64,000 bases of DNA, taken from assembly GCA_963674595.2 (NCBI GenBank), contig CAXXFV010000003.1:326634-390633 (forward strand), in the 5' to 3' direction. The stretch is from a bacterium (GTDB taxonomy: Bacteria > Zhuqueibacterota > Zhuqueibacteria > Residuimicrobiales > Krinioviventaceae). This document shows, piece by piece, positions 59,753 to 64,000 of the stretch. Below the pieces are notes generated by a model. It had not been told where the DNA came from and searched no databases. It worked only from the letters and a program-made list of their open reading frames with translations. Numbering within the stretch: the first letter of the stretch is position 1; each line of letters begins with the position of its first letter. Position numbers and translations under genes: made by a program.

Positions 59753-61378
59753 TTAAACAATTTTGTCTTTTAATAAAAGATCACAATATTTTTGAGCATT
59801 GTCAATAACAGATTTCGGATAACCTTTTATACCCAACAGACGAATGGCGTTTCTCGATGAACAGGGACCCGGTTTAATTTTATAATCAAAATAGTGAACA
59901 TTATTATCAATTTGTTCTCTAAAATGAAAAACTTTAAACTTTCCGTTCAATAATTCCTGTAATTCGATATCATGGGTTGTAACCAATGTAATACTTTTAT
60001 CACCCAAAAACTCCAAAACTGCTGTCGAAGCAGATAACCGCTCCAGAGTATTTGTGCCCCTAAATATTTCATCAATCAGAAAACAATAATTATCACTATT
60101 TTGTGAATCATTCAAAAATTCAAGAATCGCTTCTATTTCTCTAAAATAATAGCTTTTATTTTGATTCAAATCATCCTGTCGGCTTATGGAAGATTTGATA
60201 AAAACTTTAGGAATATTGGCAGATTCAGCCAGACAAACATTAATACTTTGAGACAATATAATATTTATACCGACTGTTTTAATAAACGTTGTTTTACCCG
60301 CCATATTTGATCCGGTAATCAGGCAGGAGGCATTTTTCAACTCGAAAGAATTTGCTACAGGGTTTTGCAGTAATGGATGATAAACATTTCCGAAGGAAAT
60401 TGTCCTGTTATTATTATATTCCGGGACACAATAGAACGGCAAAAAATTGAGAAAAGAAGCAATGGATATGGTGGCATCCAGAGAAGCTACCTGTTCAAAT
60501 ATATCCAGCAATTCCTTTTTTGCAGCACGGATAGTATCAATCGAGTTTAAATAAGCAATTATATTCAGCAGAAAAAAAGTATTAAAATATTCAATAACAG
60601 ATGCACTTAATTCATCCAGTTTTGTTATATCAACCAGCAGCCATGCGGATTTTTTATTAATTTTCTCAACAATAGGACGGTATTTTTTTAAATTATTAAT
60701 CTGTAAAACAGGGGCATTATAAGCAGATAATTCATTGGCCACTTTAAGTAATATTCGTAAGGATTGCATATCCGGTAAAAAACCGAATATCCTGGGCGCA
60801 AGTTTATAATGTATGACGATATTAATCAACGAAAATCCAAGGATAGCATAAAATGCATGGGAGAAAAAAAATGTGGCAACAATAGCAACAAATAAAAATA
60901 TAGAAGCAAGATAAATAAAAATACTGCCCTTTGGTTTTGGAGAGAGTTCCGAAAAAAGTAATTTTGAAATATAAAAAGCACTGTTTTGGTTGGACTGAAA
61001 AAGTATATGTTGAATGTCCCTCCTTATTTGAATATTATCGGTAAAATATTTATAGGTTAAATGAGAATTATTAAACGTATTTTGATTAATATGATATTGA
61101 TGCAGCAGATGATATAAATATTGTTTCCCGACAGAACTTGAGCATCTGTTCATTTTGTTAAAGACATTATCCATATTTAAATCAGACCACGTTGAAGAAT
61201 CTACAAATTCCTCCCTCGTCTGTAGTTTTAATTCATTATGATAGTCGGCAACCAAATCCATACTATTCTGATCCTGCATCTCCCCCTTCCATATTTTATC
61301 AAGAATATCATAATGTTTTTTCCGTTTAAAGAACAATGATTTTAAACCAAACAACCCTAAAAGAATTTTCCCGGCCAT
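59753..61378 (-). CDS. MutS-related ATPase (domain V only) with transmembrane segments
   Basis: TWSDLNM, HPLL, ITGSNMAGKTTF, SYYFRE, LIDEIFRGTN and TTHD. A central hydrophobic hairpin and no mismatch-binding domain. Confidence 0.88.
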   Translation of the reverse strand: MAGKILLGLFGLKSLFFKRKKHYDILDKIWKGEMQDQNSMDLVADYHNELKLQTREEFVDSSTWSDLNMDNVFNKMNRCSSSVGKQYLYHLLHQYHINQNTFNNSHLTYKYFTDNIQIRRDIQHILFQSNQNSAFYISKLLFSELSPKPKGSIFIYLASIFLFVAIVATFFFSHAFYAILGFSLINIVIHYKLAPRIFGFLPDMQSLRILLKVANELSAYNAPVLQINNLKKYRPIVEKINKKSAWLLVDITKLDELSASVIEYFNTFFLLNIIAYLNSIDTIRAAKKELLDIFEQVASLDATISIASFLNFLPFYCVPEYNNNRTISFGNVYHPLLQNPVANSFELKNASCLITGSNMAGKTTFIKTVGINIILSQSINVCLAESANIPKVFIKSSISRQDDLNQNKSYYFREIEAILEFLNDSQNSDNYCFLIDEIFRGTNTLERLSASTAVLEFLGDKSITLVTTHDIELQELLNGKFKVFHFREQIDNNVHYFDYKIKPGPCSSRNAIRLLGIKGYPKSVIDNAQKYCDLLLKDKIV

Positions 61379-61742
61379 ATATCACTCCCAGACTGAATAT
61401 TGAGACCCTTTCTAATTGATCAGATAATTTCCAAAATAAATTCTTACATAACCTCAAAATATTTAAATAAAAGCATTGATCCCAAACTTTATGTAACAAT
61501 AAAAGATAATACAAAACATACATCCTGTACGCAAGTTAATTTTCAATAGTTTCATTATAACAATCTCTTAAAAAACATAGAACTATCATTATGAAAAATT
61601 ATATTGAATAAATTAACAAGTTTTCTGGTCATGACTGGGTTAGTTTTTATCACGAGTTAAGTCATCTATAATAAAAAAGCCCAAAACTTTGTTTTTTAAC
61701 AGAATTTTGAGCATAAAAAAAATTAATGATATTTTACCTTTG

Positions 61743-62123
61743 TTATGTTTCTTTCAACCAATCGATGGCACTTTGGCGCTCTTTAAAGGTCTTGACGCTC
61801 CAGCCACGATTTTTACAGGCTGTTTCATAAAATTGAGCCATATCTATTCCAGGCTGAAACGTAGGCATCACAAGCGCCATTTCACTCTGCCTGCACGCAT
61901 CCCTGACCTCATACAATTCATCCGGGAGATTAAAAACATCCATCATGCCAGCCTGAACTTCTTTTATTCCAGAAACATCAACAAGAATTTTTGTTGAATT
62001 TGTCTCCCTGGCAAGCGCTATTCTACTTGAGGCAGCCTCCTGCAAATCGGAACCCGTTAAGCATCCGGTATAAATCACCTCAACAATATCATTCGAAGGA
62101 TCATATCTCGTTTCCCAAGCCAT
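61743..62123 (-). CDS. STAS/SEC14 (SpoIIAA-like) small protein
   Basis: IVEV.Y.G.L, KILVD, MALV, FYET...NRG..VKTF.....AIDWL pattern. Confidence 0.65.
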   Translation of the reverse strand: MAWETRYDPSNDIVEVIYTGCLTGSDLQEAASSRIALARETNSTKILVDVSGIKEVQAGMMDVFNLPDELYEVRDACRQSEMALVMPTFQPGIDMAQFYETACKNRGWSVKTFKERQSAIDWLKET

Positions 62124-62169
62124 ATAATTTGCCTTTTAATAATTGAACGAAAATTAATTTTTTTTTACT

Positions 62170-62557
62170 CTATTTAATAAACTCTCCTGTTTCAAGGAAT
62201 TTTAATGCTTTATCCAAATCAGTAAACAATCTGACATCAATACCTGCGTTTCTGGATACTGTTTCAACAAAATCATGTGAATGGTCTGCAGGGTGAACCA
62301 ATGAAGCGACACGAGATTTGCTACGCTCCCCCCCTCTTACTTTCGGCATTTCTGAATAGGCATAATTATAATTACTTGTAGCGGTATCCTCATTTCTTGC
62401 CTCGGTTACGTCAGTTAAATAGCAATTTAAGCCTAATTCTTCTCCTAGTGCAAGCGCCTCTTTAATCATCTCTAGTATCCTTTTGGATGTAATATCCCCC
62501 CCTAACCTTTACATAGATATATTTTCCATTATCGGATGGTGTGATTGTATACTCCAC
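62170..62557 (-). CDS. STAS/SEC14-like small protein, paralog of 61743..62123, interrupted by an extra base in a G7 run
   Basis: AAAGGAG then GTG 62557 gives MEYTITPSDNGKYIYVKVRG. Removing one G at 62496-62502 continues as DITSKRILEMIKEAL...FVETVSRNAG.DVRLFTDLDKALKFL. Confidence 0.7.
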
Positions 62558-62759
62558 ACTTGGCTCCTTTAGCAATAATAAATAGTACGTTTGCTTGATA
62601 ACAGACTATTTTGATTTGAGTTATCTTGAAAATGTCAAATGACAATTAATATAATAAATAATATGTTATTGTAAATAGTATTTTTATACGATTTCATCAA
62701 ATTATCTCAAAATATCAACAACAGTTTAAACAAAAGTAATCCCGGCTTATTGGTACCAC

Positions 62760-64000
62760 TTATTCAATAACGACAATTTCATGAATTTCCAACTTGGGCA
62801 CAACGAATGAAATTTCATTCTGTTTAAAAGTAAAGTTCAGGGACTGCCCGCCTGGCTGTAAAGTTACAGCGTCAGTTTTTTTATCGGACAAAACCGTTAC
62901 CTCAAGCGGACCGACTGCCGGAATCTGGTCAAAGGTGTTTATCTGTTTATCTGCATGCGGACCGCTGGAGTTTATCAAATTGATTGTCAGTTTATCCTTT
63001 ATTCGGTTTAGAGTAACATCTACGTTATGCGAACCATTGACAGTAACCACCGGATTTGGGAACAACTCTTTAACCACAGCGCTTAAAAAGTCCCGGCAAA
63101 CTGTGGTTGATGCATTTAAATAATTATGCCCAATGTTAAAATAAATCGCGGCAATCTCACCCTTTCCATAGTTTGTTACCGAAGCGGCCACTGACGGGTC
63201 TTTTTGAAAATCATTATCATAATGAATTTCACCAAACGGACGTGCCGTGTCTCCGAGATCAACCTCAATGTATTCCGAGTTAACGGCCGCTATCCAATTA
63301 CTATATGCCAGCCCGTTGACCTTTTTTTCTGCTTCACCTTTCAAGGTCACACCCAATTCTTTTTCAAATAATTTCGTAGCAGCAGGACCAATTACCAGCA
63401 ATTTACCCCCTTTTTTAACGTATTCCAGCAGCACATTTTTAAAATCCGGATCAATATAGTCCCATTCCGGATAAATCAGCAATGGAAAATCATCAGCACG
63501 TTCCTGTAAGTGATATTCCATGACAACATCCGTAACATTCTGCCCGTCTAAAAGACATTGTAACACACCTTTAATTGAAATCGGCAATTCGTTTCCACCG
63601 GCAAACAATCCTTTATTAATACGATAAAAAGCGTTTGTCGATAAAATCAAACCAACTTGCGGGACCGGTTTTGATTTGAAACAAAACTCTTGTCTGTCAC
63701 GGCAAAACTTGGCAACATCACCCATTAAATTCATTTGCCATTTTCGAATAGAACCATCCCGCTTTTGAGGGAAATATGCTTGAAAACCGCCTCCTAACGC
63801 CAATACAACGGATGCTTCCTGTTCGAGTTGGCGAAGCGGTTTTGTGCTGTAAAGACCGTCTCTCCAGGTAAAACTCCAGGCCATCAAGTCCCATGGTTTA
63901 CCCTGGTGCACCATCACACGTCCTTCAAAACGTGCTGAATTGAAACTGTTTTGGGCCGAATAATCACCGGAAATAAAATCCACATCAATCGATACGGGTT
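62760..64000 (-). CDS. Glycoside hydrolase-like protein with GH42-trimerisation/class I glutamine amidotransferase-like domain, C-terminal part, truncated by window end
   Basis: Open frame to the window end. DFISGD, GKPWDLMAW, VLALGGG, LLEYVKKGGKLLVIG and NYGKGEIAAI. Confidence 0.6.
   Translation of the reverse strand, partial: PVSIDVDFISGDYSAQNSFNSARFEGRVMVHQGKPWDLMAWSFTWRDGLYSTKPLRQLEQEASVVLALGGGFQAYFPQKRDGSIRKWQMNLMGDVAKFCRDRQEFCFKSKPVPQVGLILSTNAFYRINKGLFAGGNELPISIKGVLQCLLDGQNVTDVVMEYHLQERADDFPLLIYPEWDYIDPDFKNVLLEYVKKGGKLLVIGPAATKLFEKELGVTLKGEAEKKVNGLAYSNWIAAVNSEYIEVDLGDTARPFGEIHYDNDFQKDPSVAASVTNYGKGEIAAIYFNIGHNYLNASTTVCRDFLSAVVKELFPNPVVTVNGSHNVDVTLNRIKDKLTINLINSSGPHADKQINTFDQIPAVGPLEVTVLSDKKTDAVTLQPGGQSLNFTFKQNEISFVVPKLEIHEIVVIE

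Overview
AT-rich bacterial chromosomal window (GC not computed; roughly 35-40% by eye) with about 55 coding regions. No rRNA, tRNA, CRISPR array, transposase or phage genes were recognisable. Shine-Dalgarno usage, TTGACA-N17-TA(T/C)(A/G)(T/A)T promoters and three secreted proteins ending in a 'QN(Y/F)PNPFN' FlgD-Ig/T9SS-type sorting domain suggest an FCB-group, non-Bacteroidia lineage such as KSB1 or Calditrichota (inference). Core genes: alr, pfkA, the tilS-hpt-ftsH-TPR-folP-cdaA cluster, fadD-like, dnaG and ilvE. Highlights: (1) a complete, unannotated ribosome-mediated tryptophan attenuator (promoter, 34-aa leader with WNLWWGWW, antiterminator, terminator) in front of a TrpB2 gene, back-to-back with a monocistronic TrpB1 and no trpA in the window; (2) a GlmU-type pyrophosphorylase fused to a galactokinase-like GHMP kinase with an altered sugar pocket, next to a UDP-HexNAc 4-epimerase; (3) a GxxExxY nuclease-family gene embedded in three copies of a hairpin-forming repeat; (4) a GntR-controlled putative amino-sugar utilisation operon with a perfect 34-bp palindromic operator; (5) several apparent pseudo-enzymes (Ntn/C45 protein coupled to cdaA, sigma-54 activator lacking GAFTGA, HldE kinase with GAGE); (6) three single-base frameshifts in homopolymer runs, and an aadK-like gene remnant.
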